A DNA stretch of 63,434 nucleotides, filler included, from Octopus bimaculoides (lineage: Eukaryota): assembly GCF_001194135.2 (NCBI RefSeq). It is 4 parts of 3 records of this genome, joined end to end, with 100 filler letters (N's around TTAATTAATTAA, not from the genome) between each part and the next. Parts side by side here need not be neighbours in the genome. Positions count along the whole stretch, not along the records: positions 18,956 to 50,084 come from NC_068984.1; 3 more parts are not named here. The stretch is one strand, 5' to 3'. The notes beneath the pieces were generated by a model. The model searched no databases, was not told where the DNA came from, and saw only the letters and a list, made by a program, of their open reading frames with translations. Below are positions 27,703 through 40,668 of the stretch, in pieces. The position numbers and the translations under genes were made by a program. How positions within the stretch are numbered: position 1 is the stretch's first letter; each line of letters starts with the position of its first letter.

Positions 27703-28900
27703 TTTGAAACCAATATATATATTAAGTGAAAGCGCGTGGCCAAGTGGTTAGGGTCAGGTCAGCTGAAAGCACCGGCAACTCGGGCAGTCGCTCGATGCGC
27801 CATGAGCTCGTGGGCGATAAGGAGGGCGTGATAAAGACAAGGAAAATTTCCACGACCGTGAGCTTGTACACGCCGAAGTTCAGCTTACCAGGGCCATCAG
27901 CAACCCTAGGGCCATCCCTGGTTAGGTTAGTGCACCTATGATCGCGAGATCATGGGTTCGATTCTCGGATCGGGCAACATGTGTTTTTGAGCGAAACACT
28001 TCATTTCATCTTGCTCCAGTCCACTCAGCTGTAAATGATTAACCCTGCGTCGGATAAGCCTTCCAATCAGATGGAAGTGCATTGTAATCAGCGATGTGTA
28101 ACAATATCCAATAGTCTGGGCCGATGCTGTGATATATTAATTTATATTAATATAATATAATGTTATATTTTAATTTTTATCAAATTACTTATTTCTTATT
28201 ACAAAACCATAAAATTAAAACTAATTTTCAAAATAAAAATATTTATTACCTTAAAATAAAATTAAATAAAAAATTTCTTATATTAACAATAAATGTGATA
28301 TTATTTTCCTAAATTTTATCAGCATAATAACAATATGCTCCATCGAAAATCTATCTCTGCAAAATTTCATTAAAAAATGTGTTTTTCAGGAAGTTATAAA
28401 TAATAGAAATAGGTCGTATATATGTATGTATGCATGCACGTGTGTATGTGTGTATGTATGTGTGTATGTATGTGTGTATGTATGTATGAGTGTATGTTTG
28501 CATGTATGTATGCATGTATGTGTATGTATGTATGTATGTATGTGTGTGTGTATGTGTAGTGTGGGTGGGTGTGTATGTGTATGTATATATGTATGTATGT
28601 ATGTATGTATGTTTGTATGTAGGTATGTATGTGTGTGTATGTATGCATATATGTATGTATGTATGTATGTATGTGTGTGTGTGTGTAAGTATATATGTAT
28701 GTATGTATGTGTGTGTGCGCGTATGTATGTATGTATGAGTGTATGTGAGTGTGTATGTATGTATGAATTTATGTATATATGTATATGCGGTTTCCATTTT
28801 TAATTTAGAATAACTTTTGTCCGGTTATTCTTTTATTGTTTTATTTGTTGCAGTCATTTGACTGCGGCCTTGCTGGAGCACTGCCTTCAAATATCTACGC

Positions 28901-28973
28901 TTTCCCGGCGGGGAATCGAACCCCGATCTTCCGCTGTATTTCCGAGAGATACTTACCGCTATACTACCGAGGT
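28901..28973 (-). pseudogene. tRNA-Asp-like pseudogene or tRNA-derived SINE head
   Basis: ACCTCGGTAGTATAGCGGTAAGTATC...GATCGGGGTTCGATTCCCCGCCGGGAA closely follows eukaryotic tRNA-Asp in the D and T arms (perfect CGGGG/CCCCG T stem). The anticodon arm is scrambled and the acceptor stem has two mismatches. Confidence 0.65.
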
Positions 28974-28989
28974 TGTGAAGGAAAGCATC

Positions 28990-29340
28990 TTGCTTTAACC
29001 ACCATCCACTAAATCTTAAAAAGGTCTTGCAGATTTTTATATTCTCATGCGTTGTGCTCAACAGGAGTGTATGAATTAAGGATTTGCGTCAATTCCTGAA
29101 GATCCCAAGTTCAGCCATACTTTGTTCCAGACGGACCGGTACATATCCTGTTGCTCCAATAATAATAGGCATTAGGCTGAAAGTGTATCGTGGGTGCTGG
29201 GTTTGCAAACTCCATATCAATGGCCCATGTATGCATGTTCGGTTTTTAATTATATAAATTCTTTCTCTGAGGAAGGAACTGGTTTCTAACAAACAATACA
29301 AAACTTCATCGCTGGACTGTAAGAAAAACAGTGTCACATT
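28990..29340 (-). mobile_element. Diverged fragment of a related RLE-type LINE C-terminus
   Basis: HGPLIWSLQTQHPRYTFSLMPIIIGATGYVP...IKICKTFLRF resembles the 29.6-29.8 kb copy. Confidence 0.55.
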
Positions 29341-29450
29341 TTAAACTTGCAAAAGTCTTACATATTTTTACTGTTTCACTTACAGATTGTATTTGTAATG
29401 TGCGAGTTAGACAGCTGATTTCTATGTATGTATGTATGTATGTATGTATG

Positions 29451-29777
29451 TCATTATTCAGTTTATTTCAAGATTTCTTGCCAATAGAGAAAGAGCCGGT
29501 TTCTAACCTAGAGTCAAGTCTCTGTCATTGGAATTTAAACATCAGCAACTTTTGTTTGTATGTAGGTGTGTGTGTATGTATGTATGTATGTCTATGTGCA
29601 GATGTGTATGTTTTGCGTTATGGATGTATTTTCATGCATATAGAGACATATCTAGACATTCTCATATATATTTAAATGATAAACTTCTGGAAAGTTTTAC
29701 AGATTTTTACAATTCCAGTGATGGATTGGATCTGTAGTCTCAAGATTGGTATTTAGGCAGTGTGCTACACAGCCCAT
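29451..29777 (-). mobile_element. 3' end of an RLE-type LINE inserted within (CATA)n
   Basis: ORF end GCVAHCLNTNLE...QIQSITGIVKICKTFQKFII*, a 3' UTR and a (CATA)n tail. (CATA)n also lies at the 5' truncation point. Confidence 0.6.
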
Positions 29778-31174
29778 ATGTATGTATGTATGTATGCATG
29801 TATGTATGTATGTATGTATGTATGTATGTATGTACGTACGTAGGTATGTGTGTGCATATATGTATGTTTGTACGTACGTATGTATGTGTGCGTGTATGTA
29901 TGTATGTATGTGTGCGTGAATGTATGTATGTATGCATGTATGTGTGTGCATGTATGTATTGTCCTGGGTATGACTTTAAACTGCATGCGGTTGAGGAGTT
30001 CCGGTTCGTGAGCTTCTGGTTTATCTGATGACAACCCATATAAGCACAGGAACGCAGAAATACATTTGGTTGATGTCAGGGCGCGCTGTAAAACCACCGG
30101 CAGTGTGTGACCACTAGCTGTTGTCACAGCATCTTTCTAGGAGAAGGACACATGTAAAACCTGAGGTTTTATGTGATTACTGGTCATCTCACTTCAGCCT
30201 ATCCCTAGGTACTAAACACAGAGACTCAGAGACTGGTACTCGTGTTGTACAAGTGTTTATCACGAAAATCCAATGACATACAGACATACAGATGACATAC
30301 AGATGTCTGTTCATGGTAGACCTATGAGTCATTCCATCTGCTGAAAGTCGTATGGTAATGGAAGAAACACCACGTGTACAGACCTAATTTGTTGGAAGTG
30401 CGCTGTAAATTAGAATTTCGTATGCTCCGAAATATGCAGATCTGTGGAGGGCCTGAATAGTCAGCTGAGACGTCATGGATGGAAAGTCAGAAATGCCATT
30501 GACGACGAAGAAGCACAAGGAGAGAGTAATCACACGTGAAGATGGAGCAGGCAGCACGTATGTATGTGTGTATATATATGTATGTATGAAAGTATGTACG
30601 TATGTATGTATGTTATGTGTGTGTATGTATGTATGTATGTGTGTATGTATGTATGCATGTGCATGTACGCACGTATGTATGTATATATGTATGTAAAAGT
30701 ATGTCGTATATTTGTATGCATGTATGTATTCATGTACGTACGTATATACGTATGTATATATGTATGTATGTAAATGTATGCCTAATTGTATGCATACACA
30801 CACACACACACACCTACACCCCCACACATGTATGCATGTTTCTATGTATATAACAACATTTATTGAAAATATATCCAATAATTGCCAAAGAGAAAAAAAT
30901 GGTCTTCTTTTAAGTGAAGTCTCTGAGTTGTTTCATTTTCCTTTTTTTCTCCCCATGGCCCCATATCCATGGCCCTTAAACAGCTTTATACATCAGAAAG
31001 ACCCATTTTCTCGCAATATACTTCGAGGTCATTGAGCTTAGGCAAGTCACTCAGCATTGTCTTAGCAAATATTGATTTATTAATTATTCAGTAGTGAGAT
31101 GATTGAGGCTTCGTGTTTGGTGAAATCCAATATTTCTTATATTCAATACCAAGATTGTATGTATACAAAACCAT

Positions 31175-31252
<78 letters not shown>

Positions 31253-32115
31253 NNNNNNNNNNNNNNNNNNNNNNNNNNNNNNNNNNNNNNNNNNNNNNNN
31301 NNNNNNNNNNNNNNNNNNNNNNNNNNNNNNNNNNNNNNNNNNNNNNNNNNNNNNNNNNNNNNNNNNNNNNNNNNNNNNNNNNNNNNNNNNNNNNNNNNNN
31401 NNNNNNNNNNNNNNNNNNNNNNNNNNNNNNNNNNNNNNNNNNNNNNNNNNNNNNNNNNNNNNNNNNNNNNNNNNNNNNNNNNNNNNNNNNNNNNNNNNNN
31501 NNNNNNNNNNNNNNNNNNNNNNNNNNNNNNNNNNNNNNNNNNNNNNNNNNNNNNNNNNNNNNNNNNNNNNNNNNNNNNNNNNNNNNNNNNNNNNNNNNNN
31601 NNNNNNNNNNNNNNNNNNNNNNNNNNNNNNNNNNNNNNNNNNNNNNNNNNNNNNNNNNNNNNNNNNNNNNNNNNNNNNNNNNNNNNNNNNNNNNNNNNNN
31701 NNNNNNNNNNNNNNNNNNNNNNNNNNNNNNNNNNNNNNNNNNNNNNNNNNNNNNNNNNNNNNNNNNNNNNNNNNNNNNNNNNNNNNNNNNNNNNNNNNNN
31801 NNNNNNNNNNNNNNNNNNNNNNNNNNNNNNNNNNNNNNNNNNNNNNNNNNNNNNNNNNNNNNNNNNNNNNNNNNNNNNNNNNNNNNNNNNNNNNNNNNNN
31901 NNNNNNNNNNNNNNNNNNNNNNNNNNNNNNNNNNNNNNNNNNNNNNNNNNNNNNNNNNNNNNNNNNNNNNNNNNNNNNNNNNNNNNNNNNNNNNNNNNNN
32001 NNNNNNNNNNNNNNNNNNNNNNNNNNNNNNNNNNNNNNNNNNNNNNNNNNNNNNNNNNNNNNNNNNNNNNNNNNNNNNNNNNNNNNNNNNNNNNNNNNTA
32101 TATATATATATATAT

Positions 32116-32164
<49 letters not shown>

Positions 32165-32623
32165 TATATGTATAAATCCTACATCACATCAAAACAATTA
32201 TAAAGGAAGCCGTGTTACTTTAGATCAAAAGAAAACGGGGATGGTTTGATAGATACATAAATACACACACGCACACACACATAAATACGCATAGACATAA
32301 GCGCACAGACGTATGTGATATGTGTAGTGAGATGTACACCCTCCCGCCCACACTGTGCAGTCCTTCCCATATCCATGCATCCACACATACACTCCAAGAT
32401 GAAAGGGAAACACAACAACAACGACATCAACATCAGCAAAGACAATATAAATACAAAATGAGAACAAAATTCTTCCATTTTGTTGCGAAGAACATTTGAA
32501 TGGATTCCTTTTTGAGCAAAAATTGCCTGTTCTAAGAGTCTCATGAATTCTGACATAGATGCCAAAACATCGAGACAAATATCGATGAGAATAAACAATA
32601 AGTCGGATCGCGTGTGTATGCCT

Positions 32624-32684
<61 letters not shown>

Positions 32685-35147
32685 NNNNNNNNNNNNNNNN
32701 NNNNNNNNNNNNNNNNNNNNNNNNNNNNNNNNNNNNNNNNNNNNNNNNNNNNNNNNNNNNNNNNNNNNNNNNNNNNNNNNNNNNNNNNNNNNNNNNNNNN
32801 NNNNNNNNNNNNNNNNNNNNNNNNNNNNNNNNNNNNNNNNNNNNNNNNNNNNNNNNNNNNNNNNNNNNNNNNNNNNNNNNNNNNNNNNNNNNNNNNNNNN
32901 NNNNNNNNNNNNNNNNNNNNNNNNNNNNNNNNNNNNNNNNNNNNNNNNNNNNNNNNNNNNNNNNNNNNNNNNNNNNNNNNNNNNNNNNNNNNNNNNNNNN
33001 NNNNNNNNNNNNNNNNNNNNNNNNNNNNNNNNNNNNNNNNNNNNNNNNNNNNNNNNNNNNNNNNNNNNNNNNNNNNNNNNNNNNNNNNNNNNNNNNNNNN
33101 NNNNNNNNNNNNNNNNNNNNNNNNNNNNNNNNNNNNNNNNNNNNNNNNNNNNNNNNNNNNNNNNNNNNNNNNNNNNNNNNNNNNNNNNNNNNNNNNNNNN
33201 NNNNNNNNNNNNNNNNNNNNNNNNNNNNNNNNNNNNNNNNNNNNNNNNNNNNNNNNNNNNNNNNNNNNNNNNNNNNNNNNNNNNNNNNNNNNNNNNNNNN
33301 NNNNNNNNNNNNNNNNNNNNNNNNNNNNNNNNNNNNNNNNNNNNNNNNNNNNNNNNNNNNNNNNNNNNNNNNNNNNNNNNNNNNNNNNNNNNNNNNNNNN
33401 NNNNNNNTATATATACACATATATATTTATATACATATGCGTATATATATGTATGTATAAATTTCCCTGAAAACTAACATACATAAATACATAAGCACAC
33501 ATAAGAACAAACACACACAGACACACACACAGACGCAGAATCCCACACACGCACACACGTATATCTATCTCTGTTTATATCGCACTTTTAAGAACCTAGA
33601 CCGTAGCCGAATGAATCACACTAAGATGTTTGCGAACTCAGCGTTGACCTTGGATATAAAAGACTTTTACATTGCCATTCTTTATAATATCGTTATATTT
33701 TCTTGTCATGTCGACACATAGCCATAAGCTCGGATTGTTATCCGTAAAAAAACTATGGCATCTTTGAGATCACATTACATCTTTGCAGCGATTTAGAACT
33801 TTCTGTGTTTGGTTTTATGGTAAATACCGTGATAGCCACAGAAGTCAGCATTACGAGGACGATGATGTAATGATGATGGTGATGAAGATGATGATGATGA
33901 TGATGCCGACGACAACGACGGCGACGACGATGACGATGATTATGAGGATAATGATGAAGTTGTTAATGATGATTGGGACGAAGAAGGTTGATGATGAGAA
34001 TGGAGGTAATTAGGATAATGAAAGGTAACAATCACAATGATTAAGTTGATGTTGATTAGGATGATAACGAGGAAAGGGTTCATCACCATTATTAGATGAT
34101 GATAATGACGATGATGATGATGACGGCTGTGAAACCGATTATTAAAGCATTTCTTTTCAAACTCCTTTTAACCTCCTCCTCCTCCTCCTCCTTCTCCTCC
34201 TCCTCCTTCTCCTCCTCCTCCTTCNNNNNNNNNNNNNNNNNNNNNNNNNNNNNNNNNNNNNNNNNNNNNNNNNNNNNNNNNNNNNNNNNNNNNNNNNNNN
34301 NNNNNNNNNNNNNNNNNNNNNNNNNNNNNNNNNNNNNNNNNNNNNNNNNNNNNNNNNNNNNNNNNNNNNNNNNNNNNNNNNNNNNNNNNNNNNNNNNNNN
34401 NNNNNNNNNNNNNNNNNNNNNNNNNNNNNNNNNNNNNNNNNNNNNNNNNNNNNNNNNNNNNNNNNNNNNNNNNNNNNNNNNNNNNNNNNNNNNNNNNNNN
34501 NNNNNNNNNNNNNNNNNNNNNNNNNNNNNNNNNNNNNNNNNNNNNNNNNNNNNNNNNNNNNNNNNNNNNNNNNNNNNNNNNNNNNNNNNNNNNNNNNNNN
34601 NNNNNNNNNNNNNNNNNNNNNNNNNNNNNNNNNNNNNNNNNNNNNNNNNNNNNNNNNNNNNNNNNNNNNNNNNNNNNNNNNNNNNNNNNNNNNNNNNNNN
34701 NNNNNNNNNNNNNNNNNNNNNNNNNNNNNNNNNNNNNNNNNNNNNNNNNNNNNNNNNNNNNNNNNNNNNNNNNNNNNNNNNNNNNNNNNNNNNNTCCATC
34801 GATTTACCACCGTCAATGGCGGACTTTAGATCGATTGGTTCAATCTCGTTTTTTTTTTGTCGATTGTAAACAAATATTGAATTAGATGGCGCAAGGTTGA
34901 TTGGATGAAAAATTTCTTAATTATATGTAAGTTTAAGTGACATAGTGGGAATTGAAATGGCATTTAGTAGAATAACTTATGCATGTATGGGTGTATATGT
35001 ATATATGCATGTGAGTGTGTGTGTGTATGTGTACGTATGTATGTTTGTGCAAATGTATGTGTGTATGTGTGCATGTACGTATGTATGTATGTATGTATGT
35101 ATGTATGTATGTATGCATGCATGTATGTATATATGTATGTATGTATG

Positions 35148-35250
35148 TTATTATTCAGTATATTTCAAGATTTCTTGCCAATAGAAAAAGAGCCGGTTTC
35201 TAACCCAGATTCAAGGCTCCTTCATTGGAATTTCAACATCGACAACAGGG
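35148..35250 (-). mobile_element. 3' UTR fragment of the same (CATA)n-tailed LINE family
   Basis: Near-identical to 29451-29550 (tttcaagatttcttgccaatag..gagccggtttctaacc) and adjacent to (TATG)n. Confidence 0.6.
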
Positions 35251-35322
35251 CATTATGGAATTATGGAGTTGCGTTCTCTCCCTAGAACTGAAGTTCGGCT
35301 TTACTCCAGAGAGTGTGTACGC

Positions 35323-35353
<31 letters not shown>

Positions 35354-35729
35354 TGTATGTGTGTGTGAATGTATGTGTAATATATGTATGCGTGTATGTA
35401 TGTATGTGTATATATGTATGTATATATGAGTGTGTGTATGCCATGTCACTTGTGAGGTCTTTCATGAGTGCTATTTGTAACATAGGATCCAGTGCAACCT
35501 GTTACATGTTTGTGTCGTCGGGGCCTAAACCAGCCCCCCCCCCACCTGGCGAGAAGGGTTGCTAGAAAGTCAGCGGGATTGAAAGCAAGACCTGTCAAAA
35601 GGACGGATGAACCTAGTATAGGTTCAACGTTTATCTAGCAGTAGCGCGGACCCTCAGAAGTTCTTGATTGGTGTCTGGCATGCTGGAAGTGAGGCAATCC
35701 TCAGCTTTTATTCTTTGCTACTCTGGGCA

Positions 35730-36352
35730 CAAGACCCGAAACTTTGGGGGAGGGGGCCAGTCGATTAGATCGAGTCCAGTATGCAACTGGTTCTTAATTT
35801 GTCGACCTCGAAAGGATGAAAGGTAAAGTCGACCACGGCGGAATTTGAACTCAGAATGTAAAGACAGACGAAATACCACTAAGCATTTTGCCCGGCGGGC
35901 TAACGTTTCTTATTTCTTTATTGCCCACAAAGGGCTAAACATAGAGGGGGCAAACAAGGACAGACAAAGGGATTAAGTCGATTAGATCAACCCAAGGCGT
36001 AACTGATACTTAATTTATCGATCCCGAAAGGATGAAAGGCAAAGTCGACCTCGGCGGAATTTGAACTCNNNNNNNNNNACAGACGAAATACCACTAAGCA
36101 TTTTGCCCGGCGGGCTAACGTTTCTTATTTCTTTATTGCCCACAAAGGGCTAAACATAGAGGGGGCAAACAAGGACAGACAAAGGGATTAAGTCGATTAG
36201 ATCAACCCAAGGCGTAACTGATACTTAATTTATCGATCCCGAAAGGATGAAAGGCAAAGTCGACCTCGGCGGAATTTGAACTCAGAACGTAAAGGCAGAC
36301 AAAATACCATTAAGCATTTCGCCCGGCGTGCTAACGTTTCTGCCAGTTCACC
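35730..36352 (-). mobile_element. Composite SINE family A, partly duplicated across an N gap
   Basis: Family A motifs recur. The segments on either side of the short gap at about 36069-36078 are identical for about 200 bp. Confidence 0.7.
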
Positions 36353-36885
36353 GACTTAACCCTCAGCTTTTATTAAGACATGGCTTTGGAAGACGGTCAT
36401 TCTGATGTAAAACCAGATTTGCAGGGAATGTCATTGAATATTCTAGGAATTTTTTGTTTGCGCCTGAGGTCATAGCACTTCCACATTTCTGAGCCTACGA
36501 CCCACATTGGCACTGGATATCTTGCCCTGAATTGTGTCCAGATTATGCCAGTAGGCTGGAGAGGGTCTTTGAGGCGCTGTGCAAGCTTTATTGGCTCTAA
36601 AAGTTTAGGTTGTGCAATCGCCGGTGAGGCAACTTTATGGTGCTCAGCCGAGTAGGAGGGTGTCGTGACGGGCATGGTAACCACGGTCGTGAACCCCGGT
36701 GAAGCTGACTGCTGGTGCAGTAATCTCATGTTAGGGCATTGCTTGCACTTAACATAGGCAATGGTCAGTAATAGCCATCCTAGCAGACAACCATCATCGT
36801 CATTTATGTATGTATGTATGTATGTATGTAGATAGGAACGTATGTGCGTACATATGTATGTATATATGCATGTATGCGTGTATGC

Positions 36886-36959
<74 letters not shown>

Positions 36960-38624
36960 TTGTATGCGTGTATGCATGTATGTGTAAGTGTATCTATATT
37001 CCTGGTGTTGTAATTATTAAGTTGTTTTGCACAGCCATAGGAACCGATATTTGCCAGTTGACGCGATGTGATAGTCTCGATGCCTTTCCAAATACAAATA
37101 TGTAACTGACACTACATATGTGGAGCCAACGCGGCACTCACGACCTGCTAAATATACCAAGTAAACCGCCCTCAAATCACCTCTTACTGACGTTAAATAA
37201 AAGAAAACATCGAAAACATAGTTTAATATAAACTAAATCTCAAAATGTATGAAATTATTTATAAAAGTGACAGTATGTTTACAGCTGGAACGTTTTTGAT
37301 CTTATGGATTAAGATTGGCCTGGGGCTAAACACTACCACCACTACCACCCACTACAAATAAAACTATATTTATCTCTTCCAGGATAGATTTACATGTATT
37401 ATCGCTAATTTACCAATATGGCGGCAGAAAGCTTTAAGAAGTAGAACAGTTTATATTCTGAATTCAAATCGAAGCGGGAATAAATTTTACTTTTCAAAGC
37501 CGTTAGTAATGGATGAGACGAANNNNNNNNNNNNNNNNNNNNNNNNNNNNNNNNNNNNNNNNNNNNNNNNNNNNNNNNNNNNNNNNNNNNNNNNNNNNNN
37601 NNNNNNNNNNNNNNNNNNNNNNNNNNNNNNNNNNNNNNNNNNNNNNNNNNNNNNNNNNNNNNNNNNNNNNNNNNNNNNNNNNNNNNNNNNNNNNNNNNNN
37701 NNNNNNNNNNNNNNNNNNNNNNNNNNNNNNNNNNNNNNNNNNNNNNNNNNNNNNNNNNNNNNNNNNNNNNNNNNNNNNNNNNNNNNNNNNNNNNNNNNNN
37801 NNNNNNNNNNNNNNNNNNNNNNNNNNNNNNNNNNNNNNNNNNNNNNNNNNNNNNNNNNNNNNNNNNNNNNNNNNNNNNNNNNNNNNNNNNNNNNNNNNNN
37901 NNNNNNNNNNNNNNNNNNNNNNNNNNNNNNNNNNNNNNNNNNNNNNNNNNNNNNNNNNNNNNNNNNNNNNNNNNNNNNNNNNNNNNNNNNNNNNNNNNNN
38001 NNNNNNNNNNNNNNNNNNNNNNNNNNNNNNNNNNNNNNNNNNNNNNNNNNNNNNNNNNNNNNNNNNNNNNNNNNNNNNNNNNNNNNNNNNNNNNNNNNNN
38101 NNNNNNNNNNNNNNNNNNNNNNNNNNNNNNNNNNNNNNNNNNNNNNNNNNNNNNNNNNNNNNNNNNNNNNNNNNNNNNNNNNNNNNNNNNNNNNNNNNNN
38201 NNNNNNNNNNNNNNNNNNNNNNNNNNNNNNNNNNNNNNNNNNNNNNNNNNNNNNNNNNNNNNNNNNNNNNNNNNNNNNNNNNNNNNNNNNNNNNNNNNNN
38301 NNNNNNNNNNNNNNNNNNNNNNNNNNNNNNNNNNNNNNNNNNNNNNNNNNNNNNNNNNNNNNNNNNNNNNNNNNNNNNNNNNNNNNNNNNNNNNNNNNNN
38401 NNNNNNNNNNNNNNNNNNNNNNNNNNNNNNNNNNNNNNNNNNNNNNNNNNNNNNNNNNNNNNNNNNNNNNNNNNNNNNNNNNNNNNNNNNNNNNNNNNNN
38501 NNNNNNCACACACATGTATATATTGACAGGGTTCGGGAAAGAGGGAAAGAGAAGGAGAAAGATAGGAAGAGAGACTTAGAGAGAAAGAGAGGGAAAGAGA
38601 AAGCCAGAGAGTGAGACAGAGACT

Positions 38625-38712
<88 letters not shown>

Positions 38713-39086
38713 TAGAGAGAGGGAGTAGTGAAAGACAGGTTTATTTTGTCGATAGAAAGACTCCAATTCCGATGAAAGCTTAACGACTAAACCCGTTTAA
38801 AAAACGATGCCGAAGCTGTGAGCCCAGTATTACGGCAGGTTCGATGCTGAAGACACATAATAGAAGGGATTAGATGATCCCTAATACTGGAAATATAAAC
38901 AACACAAAAGAAAACAAAACAAAGCAAAGAAATATATAATGAAAACAGTTAAAATGTGATGAAGTTTTGTAATTAAGGGAACCGGTTTTAATAAACAATA
39001 TGGCCGCCTCGTGAAAGAAGGTTGAGGTATTTAAACATCACGAAATATAGGTATGGTTAATAGCAAAAGCAGTAGTAGTAGTACTG

Positions 39087-39134
<48 letters not shown>

Positions 39135-39375
39135 TGGAGGCGCGTAGCTTAGTGGTTAGGTGTGCTGGATTCTTGATCCTAAGATAGTTGTTTCGATTCC
39201 TGCATCGGGTGACGCATCGTGCTCTGGAACAAATCACTTCATTTCACGTTGCTCCAGTCCTCCCATTAGGCACAAATGAGTAATCCTGTGACAGACCGGC
39301 GTCACATCTAATGGGAATATATGCGCCACAGGAGCCAGGAAACCGGTCCTATGAGTCTATGTGGCCCAGGAAATA
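39135..39375 (+). mobile_element. tRNA-derived SINE (family D-related)
   Basis: ggaggcgcgtagcttagtggttagg...gtttcgattcc...ttcacgttgctccagtcc. Similar to the interrupted copy at 27728-28060. Confidence 0.65.
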
Positions 39376-39573
39376 TATTGATTCTTTAGCCTATCTTTGT
39401 AGTAGTAGCAGCAGCAGTAGTAACAGTGATAGGAGTAGCATGATGGTAACATCATTAGTTTTGTTGTTAGTAGTTGCAGTAGCAGTGGTGGTATTGGTAT
39501 TAATAACAGAAGTATTATTATTATTATTATTATTTATTATTATTATTATTATTATTTATAGTAAGAAAAAAAG

Positions 39574-39750
39574 CGGCGAGCTGGCAGAATCGTTAGCACG
39601 CCGGGCGAAATGCTTAAACGAATTCCGGCCGTCGCTACGCTCTGAGTTCAAATTTCGCCGAGGTCGACTTTGCCTTTCAACCTTTCGGGGTCGATAAATT
39701 AAGTACCTGGGGTTGATGTAATCGACAACTCCTTCTCCCAAATTTCAGGC
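39574..39750 (+). mobile_element. SINE family A copy
   Basis: gcggcgagctggcagaatcgttagcacgccgggcgaaatgc...gtcgataaattaagtacc. Confidence 0.75.
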
Positions 39751-40145
39751 TATAGTAGAATGGATTATTTATCGTAGGAATGGTATTCATGTTAGTAGAA
39801 AAAATAGTAGCTGCGGCTGTAGTAGACGATGGAGTGATGTTTGTGGTGGTCATGATATCACGAGACTATGAAATATCGGAATTTCCGTGGTTTCATTAAA
39901 CGAAAAGTATAGTATGGGAGGAATTTCTGCCAATTTGTGAATTTCTGGTCGCCTGTTGCTGTAGGGAGACTCAACCATCTTTAAAAACGAAGGACGAACA
40001 GTGCATGTAATCACAAATAGTAACATTATACATCGGTCTGTCTACAGCGAGAAATTTTCTCCATGACAGAATACAGTGAACATCTTACGGGTTCGAATAT
40101 GCCTCAAGCATATTTGAGCTGGGGACAAGTTTGTATTTATACACC

Positions 40146-40668
40146 TAACTGCTCAGCGCTGTCACCCTATATTGTCCCACATCGTGCACGTTATCACATA
40201 TAATACGCATTATCATAAATAAGGAACATTATCACATACAGATCATATTATTTCATGTAATGTACATTATCGCATACAATATACATTATCACAAACACTG
40301 CGCATTATCACATAGATTACACATTATCACACACACACTGCACATTATCACGTTCAATGCACATTATTGCATATAGCGTACATTCTCACATTTAATGTCC
40401 ATGCACATAACTGCTCAGCGCTGTCACCCCACATTATCCCATATAGCGCATCTTATCACATGTAATACGCATTATCATAAATAGCGAACATTATCACATA
40501 CGGCTCATATTATTTCATGTAGTGTACATTATCGCATACACTACACATTATCACAACCACTGTGCATTATCAAATAGACTACACATTATCACACACACTG
40601 CGAATTATCACGTTCAATGCACATTATCACATATAGCGTACATTCTCACATTTAATGCCCATACATAC
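40146..40668. repeat. Higher-order tandem repeat: 2 x 262-bp units, each built from ~19-bp cattatcaca monomers
   Basis: taactgctcagcgctgtcaccc recurs at 40146 and 40408. The internal 19-nt period (e.g. gcacattatcacgttcaat) is visible directly. Confidence 0.9.

Noticed and set aside
30395-30530. C2H2-like peptide FVCSEICRSVEGLNSQLRRH as a zinc-finger gene exon
   Set aside because: The Cys/His spacing is broken. It is more plausibly a decayed LINE C-terminus, and too weak to annotate.
33789-33819. 31-nt AG/GT-bounded micro-exon (DLELSVFGFM)
   Set aside because: Such short splice-like pairs occur by chance in AT-rich DNA, and no partner exons were identified.
35858-36290. Apparent ~210-bp tandem duplication in a SINE
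   Set aside because: Identical sequence on both sides of a short N gap, so probably an assembly artefact.
40146-40668. CRISPR-like array (constant core with variable flanks)
   Set aside because: The period is only ~19 bp, the flanks are related to one another and duplicated as a block, the context is eukaryotic and there are no cas genes.
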